Below, in pieces: positions 27,859 to 36,650 of a stretch of 64,000 nt of DNA; within the stretch, counting starts at the first letter, position 1; every line of letters begins with the position of its first letter. Position numbers and translations under genes: made by a program. Source of the stretch: Fibrobacteria bacterium (GTDB lineage: Bacteria; Fibrobacterota; Fibrobacteria; UBA11236; JADFYW01); the NCBI GenBank assembly GCA_050294405.1, contig JBNKOC010000012.1, positions 320,001 to 384,000 on the forward strand, in the 5' to 3' direction. The notes under the pieces are model-generated. The model made no database searches, was not told the DNA's origin, and worked only from the letters and a program-made list of their open reading frames with translations.

Positions 27859-28536
27859 TTACCATTCTTCATACACCTCTTGTTCGCTGACCCATTTTGC
27901 GTATTCGTCTTTGGATTTAACGGTTAAAACCGCACCCATCTTTGTGTGACCTACGCCGCAAATTTCAGCACAGGCAATGGGGTAGCTTCCAGGAGTGGTT
28001 ACGTTAAACCAACCTTTTATGCTGCGCCCTGGAACCGCATCCTGTTTTAAGCGAAGGGATGGAATCCAAAAGCTGTGCAAAACGTCAACAGAGCTGAGGT
28101 GAAAAAGAATATCTGTATTGGCGGGAACCACCAATTCGGTTTGCATTTTAAGATCGTCTTCGGTGCCCAACTTTTCATCCTGTCCAGGGATAACAAAATC
28201 CCAGGCAAACTGCTGTCCGGAAACTTCAATTTCCAGAGCTTTTTGGGGAAGTGTTTCTTTTATGGTTTTCCAGGCATGGTGCCCTTTGGCCTCAATGGAA
28301 AAATCTGTAATAACCAGCAGGGCTGTGGGGATTATTATCCATACAAACTGGTTGATTTTGGTGCCACTGTGATAGCCAGCATTGGGATTGGCTTTTTTGC
28401 GAGCTTGGAAAATAATCCAAAAAACCACAATTTCGGTGAGTATAAAAAGAGCGCCCACCACATAATAAATGAACGAAATAATAGAATCCACTTCATGTCC
28501 GAAGGTAGATACGTTTTGAGGAAACCAATTTAACAT
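27859..28536 (-). CDS. ctaC: cytochrome c oxidase subunit II (CuA, no fused heme c)
   Basis: Two TMs, GQQFAW, DVLHSF, KQDAVPG, CAEICGVGHTKM. Confidence 0.94.
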   Translation of the reverse strand: MLNWFPQNVSTFGHEVDSIISFIYYVVGALFILTEIVVFWIIFQARKKANPNAGYHSGTKINQFVWIIIPTALLVITDFSIEAKGHHAWKTIKETLPQKALEIEVSGQQFAWDFVIPGQDEKLGTEDDLKMQTELVVPANTDILFHLSSVDVLHSFWIPSLRLKQDAVPGRSIKGWFNVTTPGSYPIACAEICGVGHTKMGAVLTVKSKDEYAKWVSEQEVYEEW

Positions 28537-28749
28537 AACTTCTTTATCTCAAATAAAATTATACCAGGAGGATAAATTTCCTAACTAACCCAGCGCAAAC
28601 TTAACAAAAACCGGGTCAATTTGTCATAAATTTTTTAATCTATTACTTTATTAGCCGGAAGAAAATTCCATAGATAGGAATTGCCTGAATAGGAAAAGGG
28701 CAATTAAAAAGGAATCAAAATTATTTAAAACAAAATTTAGGAGTATTTT

Positions 28750-29439
28750 ATGAAAAAAATGGCAACCCTTTGCTCCTCCCTTGCATTTTTACTGGCCACT
28801 TCGGCTTTTGCTGGGGATGTAGTAGGAACAATTAAGTTTGAAGGGACCCCCCCAAAATTGCGCCCACACAATGTGGATAAAGATGCAATCTGCGCCAAAA
28901 TGCACAAAGAGCCACTTGTTAACGAAGCTTTGGTTTTGGGAGATGGAAATGCATTGGCCAATGTATTGGTAAGTGTAAAATCCGTAAAGGGAAGTTTTAA
29001 AGCTCCTAGCGATGCAATGGTTGTGACTCAAGAGGGTTGTAAATATACGCCCCATGTATTCGGCGTCATGGCTGGCCAGCCTATTAAATTGTTGAATCCC
29101 GATGGCACTTTGCACAATGTTCATGCCATGCCTAAAAAGAACCGTCCTTTTAACCTGAGCATGCCTAAACACAAAAAAGAAGCTGTAAAAGATTTTAAAA
29201 AAGCCGAAGCACCTTTCCCCATTAAATGTGATGTTCATCCCTGGATGGGCGCTTGGGTTCAGGTTTTTGACCACCCTTATTTTTCAGTGTCTGGAAATGA
29301 CGGAAAGTTTAAAATTTCCGGACTTCCTGCCGGCGATTACGAACTGGTAGCCTGGCATGAAAAAATGGGCGAACAAACCGCTAAAGTAAAAGTTGGTGCT
29401 GATGGCTCTGTGTCTCAGGATTTCAGCTTTAAGAAATAA
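28750..29439 (+). CDS. secreted cupredoxin-like / carboxypeptidase-regulatory-like domain protein divergent from the cox operon
   Basis: Signal peptide, QEGCKYTPHV, HNVH, CDVHPWM (candidate type-1 Cu ligands), GKFKISGLPAGDYEL. Confidence 0.75.
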   Translation: MKKMATLCSSLAFLLATSAFAGDVVGTIKFEGTPPKLRPHNVDKDAICAKMHKEPLVNEALVLGDGNALANVLVSVKSVKGSFKAPSDAMVVTQEGCKYTPHVFGVMAGQPIKLLNPDGTLHNVHAMPKKNRPFNLSMPKHKKEAVKDFKKAEAPFPIKCDVHPWMGAWVQVFDHPYFSVSGNDGKFKISGLPAGDYELVAWHEKMGEQTAKVKVGADGSVSQDFSFKK

Positions 29440-29456
29440 TTGAATTTGGGTATTTG

Positions 29457-29495
29457 AAAAGGTGTGCGGCGAGAGTCTGCGCACCTTTTTTTTTT
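29457..29495 (+). terminator. intrinsic terminator
   Basis: AAAAGGTGTGCGG...CTGCGCACCTTTTTTTTTT. Confidence 0.8.
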
Positions 29496-29531
29496 GAATT
29501 TTATGGGGACAATGTACTCAAGGCTGCGGTA

Positions 29532-30275
29532 ATGGGGGTTCATCCTTTCCTGAAAAATTTTATTCTGTTTAAATCCCACAAAGTGCGTTGGGCCTTTTAT
29601 GGCGCGTTTTTAAGCTTGGGATCTCCCGCCGGACTGTATGTTATTGATAAATACATGTTTGAGGGTTATTCGGATATTCTCAAAGTAGCATATATATATA
29701 GCACTATCGGCACACTTATCGTTTTTTCTTCCTTTGGGATGTGGGCTGGAAATTTTATTGATAAGCTGGACTATTACGCCAGCCACGATTTGCTGACCCA
29801 ACTATTTAACAGGCGATATATGCAAATTCGCCTCGAAGAAGCTTTTAGCTTTTGTAAACGCTATCAAAAACCCTTCTTAATATGTATGCTGGATTTAGAC
29901 TATTTTAAAAAAGTGAACGATACATACGGCCATTCTGTAGGGGATAAAGTGCTTAGGGCGGTTTCTGGTGTGCTCAAAGCGGAATCCCGAGGTTCGGATA
30001 TTGTGGCCAGATGGGGCGGGGAAGAGTTCATAATTTTTTGTCCTGAAACCAGCTCTGAACAAGGCGTGTTGTTGTCGAATCGGATTCGGGAAAAAGTGAT
30101 GGAACTGAGCGCTCAGGATTTAGGCTTCAAAGGCCCGCAAACCATTTCTATTGGGGTGGTGCTGTGCAGTCCAAATGAATCCAGTAATTTGAATTTTATT
30201 TTAAAAGAACTGGACAGCACCCTTTACATGGCTAAAAACCAGGGAAGAAACAAAGTGGTGTTTCAGCAGATTTAA
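29532..30275 (+). CDS. membrane-bound diguanylate cyclase
   Basis: Two TMs, DLLTQLFNRR, DLDYFKKVNDTYGHSVGD, RGSD I-site, RWGGEEF. Start moved downstream of the terminator. Confidence 0.9.
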   Translation: MGVHPFLKNFILFKSHKVRWAFYGAFLSLGSPAGLYVIDKYMFEGYSDILKVAYIYSTIGTLIVFSSFGMWAGNFIDKLDYYASHDLLTQLFNRRYMQIRLEEAFSFCKRYQKPFLICMLDLDYFKKVNDTYGHSVGDKVLRAVSGVLKAESRGSDIVARWGGEEFIIFCPETSSEQGVLLSNRIREKVMELSAQDLGFKGPQTISIGVVLCSPNESSNLNFILKELDSTLYMAKNQGRNKVVFQQI

Positions 30276-30282
30276 ATTTCCT

Positions 30283-30828
30283 TTACTCCAATAGTGTTAA
30301 TAAATTTTCGATGTCCATTCCGCTTACTGTGGGATCTGAAAAGCGGATAAAAATTTTATCTTCAATTTTCATGTGCTTTTCATCTGTTTCCATATACTTG
30401 TAATAGGTTTTCCCAGGACGGGGCATTCCTAAACATTGATCCCCAAGTCCCTTGTCCACATCCAAAGTAAGGGCCACCGGTTTGTAACCTTTTTCAACAA
30501 ATGTGAATTTTTGGGCCCAGTACCAATCTTCCACATCGGTTTTCCAAAGGAAATCAAAAAATTGGTTACCAAAAGTGCCATTGTATTTTCCCAAAAGCAC
30601 GCATTCATCATCTCCATAGCCCATTGTTATAAGGACTTTGTTACCATCTAGGAAGGAATAGGTCAGCACTTTTCCATTTTCATCCAACGCTGCATAGGTG
30701 GATGGAATAGCCACTGGTCCACTCCAGGACTCTCTGTAAATATCCACCCGATATATTTGGATGGCCAGTAATATTAATATCACTCCGCCGACAATTAAGG
30801 AAATTTTTGTTTTTTTTCTGTTTGCCAT
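30283..30828 (-). CDS. hypothetical membrane-anchored protein
   Basis: AGGAGG RBS before ATG 30828 (MANRKK...), single N-terminal TM. Confidence 0.7.
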   Translation of the reverse strand: MANRKKTKISLIVGGVILILLAIQIYRVDIYRESWSGPVAIPSTYAALDENGKVLTYSFLDGNKVLITMGYGDDECVLLGKYNGTFGNQFFDFLWKTDVEDWYWAQKFTFVEKGYKPVALTLDVDKGLGDQCLGMPRPGKTYYKYMETDEKHMKIEDKIFIRFSDPTVSGMDIENLLTLLE

Positions 30829-30926
30829 GATCTTCCTCCTATTTGTTCCACCCCAATAAAGGAAAGTGCAAATTAAATGCCATCTATCAAAATTATTTTC
30901 AATTAAAATTTCCAGCTCTTGATAAC

Positions 30927-30966
30927 AGTAAAAATGACAAAATAGCATTTTGTAGTCAAATTGACA
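30927..30966. promoter_or_regulatory. two GT-N7-AC palindromes upstream of a sigma54 promoter
   Basis: AGTAAAAATGACA (30927-30939) and AGTCAAATTGACA (30954-30966). Confidence 0.55.
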
Positions 30967-31066
30967 TTTTTTTAGGCTCTAAAACTATATATTATATAGA
31001 GAAGGAAAAAAATGGGGATTTCAGCCTAATTTGGCGGCAGGATTTGAGGATTTTAAAGGGCTATCT

Positions 31067-31082
31067 TGGCACATCGTTTGCG
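31067..31082 (+). promoter_or_regulatory. sigma54 -24/-12 promoter
   Basis: TGGCACATCGTTTGCG, near-consensus, 42 bp before the usp ATG. Confidence 0.8.
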
Positions 31083-31123
31083 TTTTTTAAACTATAGATG
31101 GATCTTAAACCGAGGGTAATATC

Positions 31124-31960
31124 ATGAACAAGAGAATAATGGTTACGGTGGGTCCCAGTTCTATCAGCAGAGAGGTTGTTGAATTTGCTGATTCTCTCGC
31201 CCTAAAAAATAATGCGGAGCTGTTTGTGCTGCATGTGCAGGAACGCTCCCCCTATGTAGTAGAAACGGGAGAGGTTTTTAAAAAATTTATGGAGACTATA
31301 ACTTTAAAAACCCCTTCTCATGAAATATTATCGCCAGTTGGTTATCCCAGCCAGCAGATTGTGGATGAGGCCAATCGCTACAATGTAGACTTAATTGTAA
31401 TGGCGGCGCATTCCCATACCCTAATTGGGGAACTTTTGTTGGGAGGGATTACCAAATATGTAATGCACCATTGCAAATGCCCCGTATTTGTATATAAAAA
31501 ACCGGAACAGGCTTTCGAGAATAAAATTGTGGTTCCCATTGATTTTACGGAGGTGAATCGGAAAGTGGTGGCCATTGCGGATGATTATGCCATGGACTTT
31601 GGTGGGGATTTGGCCTTTGTCCATGTGGACCCAGATGAGGGTTACTACGGAGCATGGACCGCTCATTCCTATGGGGTGGTGGTCCCAGAAGAATCCATGT
31701 ATAAAAAACCGGATTTGGAAGCTGTAACCGCAAAATTAAAGGAATATTTGGATGGATTACAAATAAAATCCAAGTATGAATACAAAGTATTTTCGGGCTC
31801 GGCTAATGCAAAAATTTTAGAATACCAGGAGCAGTTAGATGCAAAGCTTATTATGTTGGCTTCACATTCCCACACTGCACTGGGACGGTTGCTCATCGGC
31901 GGTACCACGGATAAACTATTAAACAAAGGAGGCTGTTCTCTTTACGTTTATAAAGAATAA
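31124..31960 (+). CDS. tandem-domain universal stress protein
   Basis: Two Usp domains: LIVMAAHSHT..LLLGGIT..CPVFV and KIVVPIDFT..LIMLASHSHT..LLIGGTT. Confidence 0.92.
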   Translation: MNKRIMVTVGPSSISREVVEFADSLALKNNAELFVLHVQERSPYVVETGEVFKKFMETITLKTPSHEILSPVGYPSQQIVDEANRYNVDLIVMAAHSHTLIGELLLGGITKYVMHHCKCPVFVYKKPEQAFENKIVVPIDFTEVNRKVVAIADDYAMDFGGDLAFVHVDPDEGYYGAWTAHSYGVVVPEESMYKKPDLEAVTAKLKEYLDGLQIKSKYEYKVFSGSANAKILEYQEQLDAKLIMLASHSHTALGRLLIGGTTDKLLNKGGCSLYVYKE

Positions 31961-32013
31961 GATAGATTTTCATTATATTTTTTTGTTAGTTTTAATTTTT
32001 CCAAGGAGTCAAA

Positions 32014-32310
32014 ATGAAAATGAATATTACAGGCAAAAACTTGAACCTTTCCGATACATTTAAGGAATTGCTTGATGAAAAATTCGGCATTTTATCCCGC
32101 TACCTCGACTCCATCCAGTTTATTGATGTTATGGTTGAAAAAGAAGCTAACAACGACCACACTATTCAGCTTAAGGTGGGTATTCCTAAAAGGGAGCCTG
32201 TGGTTTTAAAAGAAACAGACAGAAGCCTGCACGCGGCTGTGGACATTATTAGAGACAAGGCTGAAAATGTTTTGACTAATATTAAGGAGAAGTTGAAGAG
32301 TAAACATTAA
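32014..32310 (+). CDS. hpf: ribosome hibernation promoting factor (short HPF/RaiA family)
   Basis: MKMNITGKNLNLSD, SLHAAVD, KEKLKSKH. AAGGAG RBS. Confidence 0.85.
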   Translation: MKMNITGKNLNLSDTFKELLDEKFGILSRYLDSIQFIDVMVEKEANNDHTIQLKVGIPKREPVVLKETDRSLHAAVDIIRDKAENVLTNIKEKLKSKH

Positions 32311-32334
32311 TTAAAAAATCGGAGAACTCTAAAA

Positions 32335-32447
32335 ATTGATGATCGCGACTTCAGACGAGGCGCTCGAAGAGGACAAACCGGAATTTACTTGCTGTAAATG
32401 AGGATTTGAGGATGAGAGCAACGATGTATCAGGTCGCGAGGGCAATT
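32335..32447. repeat. palindromic intergenic element (RPE/MITE-like or structured RNA)
   Basis: Terminal inverted repeat TCGCGAC (32343) / GTCGCGA (32433) and central hairpin ATTTAC-TTGCT-GTAAAT. Confidence 0.55.
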
Positions 32448-32468
32448 TAATAATCCGGGGAGGTTTGT

Positions 32469-33182
32469 GTGAAAAGCCTTAAAAATATATTGCATTCAAA
32501 AATCCATGCCTTGGATGGTTTTATGGGCCAGGTGTCCGATGTATACCTGGATACCCATTTGTGGGCGGTGCGTTATTTAGTGGATAAAACCGGAGGTTTT
32601 CTGGCCCAGCGCCAAATTCTTTTATCTCCTTCCTCTGTTAAAAAGGTGGAGTCTAAAAAGAAGCTGGTGCATTTAAGTCTGACTTTGGCACAAATAGATT
32701 CAAGCCCAGCTGTGGATATGGATTTACCTGTATCCCTTCAATTGGAAAAGAAATTGGCCCGTCATTTTGACTGGCCAAATTATTGGGCTCCCATTGGGGT
32801 GCGCCCTCCGGAGACCTCTTTGGATGTATCTGAAGAAATTGTGGAAAAAAGTTTTGAGGATTCTTTTGAAGATAAAGAAAAAGGCTATAACCCCAATTTG
32901 TATAATTTAAACTCCATTTTGGGTTTGAAATACATGGAAAAAGAAGAGACTCTCGGGTTGGTTACTGATGTATACTACGATGGCATCCATTGGGATGTGA
33001 AAGGCCTTCAACTTACATTGCACCAGAACTCTCTTTATGACAAAACCATTCTCATAAAAAACTCGGAAATCAAGGAATTTATTTTGCCAGATGAAAAAAT
33101 ATTGCTTTCCATTGACCACAATGAATTGGCTGAAAAAGACGATTTAAGGGGAATGGACCTGACAGCAATGTTAAATTCCTGA
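32469..33182 (+). CDS. PRC-barrel domain protein
   Basis: IHALDGFMGQVSDVYLDTHLWAVRYLVDKTGGFL..ILLSP, plus a second degenerate PRC repeat. GGAGG RBS, GTG start. Confidence 0.82.
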   Translation: MKSLKNILHSKIHALDGFMGQVSDVYLDTHLWAVRYLVDKTGGFLAQRQILLSPSSVKKVESKKKLVHLSLTLAQIDSSPAVDMDLPVSLQLEKKLARHFDWPNYWAPIGVRPPETSLDVSEEIVEKSFEDSFEDKEKGYNPNLYNLNSILGLKYMEKEETLGLVTDVYYDGIHWDVKGLQLTLHQNSLYDKTILIKNSEIKEFILPDEKILLSIDHNELAEKDDLRGMDLTAMLNS

Positions 33183-33274
33183 TTCCTCGAAAAGGAAGAT
33201 AAAGCCCCTTGCCATATTGTCGATATGCGGTACAAAGGCGGCTGAAAAAGCAGCTAAAATCTAAAAAATGTAAT

Positions 33275-33290
33275 TGGCACAGTCCTTGAG
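33275..33290 (+). promoter_or_regulatory. sigma54-like promoter (variant -12)
   Basis: TGGCACAGTCCTTGAG has a consensus -24 element and TTGA in place of TTGC at -12. Confidence 0.5.
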
Positions 33291-33325
33291 ATACATCTAA
33301 TTGAATCCTTAATCAGGAGGCAATT

Positions 33326-33439
33326 ATGGATCCCAAAGGAATTGAACGGCTGGAAATGATTGAAGCCGCTGTCGGTTTGGCCTTTTTTTTCGCCATTGGC
33401 ATTGTGTTTTTTAGCATTGTCATGGGCGCATTAAGCTAA
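33326..33439 (+). CDS. 37-aa single-pass membrane peptide (not in ORF track)
   Basis: AGGAGG RBS 5 nt before ATG. MDPKGIERLEMIEAAVGLAFFFAIGIVFFSIVMGALS. Confidence 0.7.
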   Translation: MDPKGIERLEMIEAAVGLAFFFAIGIVFFSIVMGALS

Positions 33440-33451
33440 TTCGCGTTTTTG

Positions 33452-33480
33452 AAAAAAATGCGCCCCCGGAGGAGCGCAAT
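33452..33480. terminator. terminator hairpin between convergent genes
   Basis: A7 run then TGCGC..CC-CGGA-GG..GCGCA. Confidence 0.55.
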
Positions 33481-33506
33481 ATTTATTGTTTCTGGAGGAA
33501 CAGTAT

Positions 33507-33860
33507 TTATTCTTTCATGCCCTTGAAGGACTCTCCCATGCTTTCCAAGTAAGCGGCAAGGGCTTTGATTTTTTCCTCGTTGAGGCTTTTGATTTTTAGC
33601 ACCATGTCTTTAGTAAATTCAGAAGTTCTTTTTTCAGCTTTGATGTCTAAAATTTGTGCTTCGGAATAAACAGCAGCTAGGCCTGCTATTCGGGGGCCTT
33701 CCTGTTTGCCTAATTTTCCATCTTTGGCCCGCCCCATTCCGTCGTCGTTGTGACAGGTGGCGCAGCCGTTCCTTTTATAAAGTTTTTGGCCTGTTTTTAC
33801 CAGGTCAGCAGCTTGTAAGCTTCCTGCTAAAACTAAAGCGATGATGGCTAATTTTTTCAT
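33507..33860 (-). CDS. class I monoheme cytochrome c (c553/c4-like)
   Basis: Signal peptide, CATCH, GPRIAGL, distal Met (KDMV), IKALAAYL. Confidence 0.9.
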   Translation of the reverse strand: MKKLAIIALVLAGSLQAADLVKTGQKLYKRNGCATCHNDDGMGRAKDGKLGKQEGPRIAGLAAVYSEAQILDIKAEKRTSEFTKDMVLKIKSLNEEKIKALAAYLESMGESFKGMKE

Positions 33861-34104
33861 AATCTTCCCTTTTGATTCTATTGGTTAAAGGTTAAAAATT
33901 GTGCTATACCCTAATAATATTCGGATTTTTGATTTTCACTGGCTTTTTTGCCTGACAAATTGACAAGGCCCTTTTGCCAGGGATTTATCCGAATACTGAA
34001 AAATTGACACAAGTAAAGCAGCTCACAATTTTATTTCATAAAAATTATCAGGAAGATTTTTAATTGAGAATTTTGGGCTATTGTTTTTTTAATTTTATCT
34101 CGCC

Positions 34105-34800
34105 ATGAATTCTAATCCCCAAAATATTTTAATCGTGGAAGACGAAGAGGATATTCAGTTTATCCTAAAGTTTAATCTTGAAAAAATAGGACACCACATA
34201 GTTACAGCCAATACAGGGGAAAAAGGTTTAAAACTTGCCAGAGAAAATGCTCCCGACCTCATTTTGCTGGATTTGATGCTCCCTAAACTATCGGGACTTG
34301 AAATTTGCAGAATTCTAAAAGCCCATAAAAGCACCGAACATATTCCCATTGTCATGGTCACGGCCAAGGGAGAAGAAAGCGACATTATCAGGGGTTTAGA
34401 ACTGGGTGCTGAAGACTACATCACTAAACCTTTTAAAATTGGAGAAGTGCTGGCCAGGGTTAAAGCTATATTGCGCCGCACGACGCGGTTTAAGGCTCCA
34501 AATCAGCCGCAATTGTTCGAGATGGGAGAGGTTTCCCTGGATGCCCAAAAGCATGAAGCCAAAGTTATGGGCAAGCTGCTGGATTTAACTCCCTCCGAAT
34601 TCAAAGTGTTGCAGTTGATGTTAGCAAAACCTCAAATGGTATACACAAGGAACCAAATATTGGAACACCTATGGGGAGATGAAAAAGAAACAGCGCCAAG
34701 AGCAGTGGATGTGGTTATTGTGGGCCTTAGAAAAAAATTAAACGGGGCTAGTTTAAAAATCGAAACTGTTAGAGGGATTGGATACCGGTTAAATGTTTAA
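34105..34800 (+). CDS. phoB: PhoB/PhoP-like OmpR-family response regulator
   Basis: VEDE, LLDLMLP, TAKGEESDIIRGLELGAEDYITKPF, winged HTH (ETVRGIGYR). Paired with phoR, near pst. Confidence 0.85.
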   Translation: MNSNPQNILIVEDEEDIQFILKFNLEKIGHHIVTANTGEKGLKLARENAPDLILLDLMLPKLSGLEICRILKAHKSTEHIPIVMVTAKGEESDIIRGLELGAEDYITKPFKIGEVLARVKAILRRTTRFKAPNQPQLFEMGEVSLDAQKHEAKVMGKLLDLTPSEFKVLQLMLAKPQMVYTRNQILEHLWGDEKETAPRAVDVVIVGLRKKLNGASLKIETVRGIGYRLNV

Positions 34801-36568
34801 AGTTCAAAAAAATATTTTTTGGAGCATTTTTCCCACTTTCAGCCTGCTTTTTGCGGTGGTGTTGAGCCTGGTCACTCTCTTTACCCTTATTTACAGCAAA
34901 AATTTTTATCTGGGAGAAAAACGTTCGGATTTACAAAAGATAAATTACCTCATTGCAGGTAATATTGAAAATTTTGATGAAGTCAATTTCCAAGCTTATT
35001 TGGAATCGGCAAACCAGGCCGGTCTTCGAATTACCCTAATCCAATCCGATGGCGTGGTAGTTCTGGATTCCGATGAAAATTCCGAGACTATGGATAACCA
35101 TTCGGACAGGCCGGAAATTATGGAAGCCCGGGATTTTGGAATAGGCTCCGGCATTCGTTACAGCAATACTTTAAAAACCAACATGATGTATTCGGCAGTT
35201 AAGAAAAAAATGGGCGACTCCGTTGGTTTCATCCGAGTGGCTATTCCTCTAATGTCGCTGGAAAAAATATTGTGGAACCAGCAGTTTCCGGTAATAGCTA
35301 TTTCAGGGTTTGGATTAGCCATGGTCTTTTTGCTCTGTTTTATAATCTCCAGGAACATCTCTCAGCCAATTAGCAACTTGAAAAATTATGCAGAGGTCAT
35401 CGCTAAGGGAAACTTTCTCTCAAAAATTCCCAGGACGGGCGCCAGTGAAGTGCAGGATCTTGCCAGCTCCTTTGAATCCATGAGTCTAAGCCTAAAAAAG
35501 CGAATTGAAACCATAGAAAAACAACAGGGACAGTTGGATGCTATTTTTAGTTCTATGAAAGAGGGTGTAATTGCCCTGGACAATTATTTGAATTTGCTGG
35601 CATGTAATCCGGCCGCTTCCAACTTATTTAACATGAATATCAATTCCCATGAGGGAAAGCCTATATACTCATTTGTCAGGAACTCCAATTTAATGAGCTT
35701 TATTGAAAACCTGAAGCGTCCGGGAATGGATGTTCCTGATGAATTAAGCATTTCCCTTTTGGATAAGGGATTGGAAATTCAGGTTCGGGGTGCGCCTCTA
35801 TTAAACAAGAAAAAAGACTTAATGGGAATCATTCTGGTGTTTAATGATATCACACGCATTAAAAAACTGGAAAAAATGCGTGAAGAATTTGTGGCCAATG
35901 TCTCTCACGAGTTAAAAACCCCTATTACTTCTATTAAGGGGGCCGCGGAAACTTTAATAGATGGAGCCATAGAAAACCCCAAAATTTCACAACGCTTTTT
36001 GGATATGATAATATCCAATTCTGAACGTCTTTCTTTAATCATTGAAGATATTTTAAAACTATCCCGGCTGGAAAATGAACTCAATTTTGATGTTTTGGAA
36101 AAAGAAGAAATTCCGGTCGATAAGCTTTTGGATGGGGCTGTAAAATCCTGCCAAAATATGGCTTCGGCCAGTGACATTGAAATTAAAGTGAATCTGGATT
36201 ACAATGCCAAAGTTTTGGGAAATAAAACATTGCTGGAACAGGCCCTGATAAATTTGATTTCCAACGCCATAAAATATTCTAATTCTAAAACCGTTGTCCG
36301 GGTGGAAGGCTCCTTAACAGACAGTAAAGTTCAAATCGATGTTATTGATGAAGGGCCTGGAATTGAAAAAAGCCATATTGCCCGGATTTTTGAACGCTTT
36401 TACAGGGTGGATAAGGCCCGTAGCCGTAAAATGGGTGGTACGGGTCTTGGCCTTTCTATTGTTAAACACATTTGCCAACTCCATCGAGGGGAGGCCAGTG
36501 TCAATAGCGAAGTTGGAAAAGGTTCCCGTTTCCGCATAAGCCTACCTATTTTAAAGCAGAGCTCATAA
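34793..36568 (+). CDS. phoR: PhoR-like sensor histidine kinase (TM-periplasmic-HAMP-PAS-HisKA-HATPase)
   Basis: MDNHSDRPE, EFVANVSHELKTP, NLISNAIKYS, FERFYRVDKARSRKMGGTGLGLSIVKH. Confidence 0.88.
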   Translation: MFKVQKNIFWSIFPTFSLLFAVVLSLVTLFTLIYSKNFYLGEKRSDLQKINYLIAGNIENFDEVNFQAYLESANQAGLRITLIQSDGVVVLDSDENSETMDNHSDRPEIMEARDFGIGSGIRYSNTLKTNMMYSAVKKKMGDSVGFIRVAIPLMSLEKILWNQQFPVIAISGFGLAMVFLLCFIISRNISQPISNLKNYAEVIAKGNFLSKIPRTGASEVQDLASSFESMSLSLKKRIETIEKQQGQLDAIFSSMKEGVIALDNYLNLLACNPAASNLFNMNINSHEGKPIYSFVRNSNLMSFIENLKRPGMDVPDELSISLLDKGLEIQVRGAPLLNKKKDLMGIILVFNDITRIKKLEKMREEFVANVSHELKTPITSIKGAAETLIDGAIENPKISQRFLDMIISNSERLSLIIEDILKLSRLENELNFDVLEKEEIPVDKLLDGAVKSCQNMASASDIEIKVNLDYNAKVLGNKTLLEQALINLISNAIKYSNSKTVVRVEGSLTDSKVQIDVIDEGPGIEKSHIARIFERFYRVDKARSRKMGGTGLGLSIVKHICQLHRGEASVNSEVGKGSRFRISLPILKQSS

Positions 36569-36650
36569 AATCAACTTGTTTTCTATCTGGTTGAATTCAT
36601 TTTGAAACATTAAGTTTTGATATTCCTGGGTAGTTAAACCAGGAGAATAT

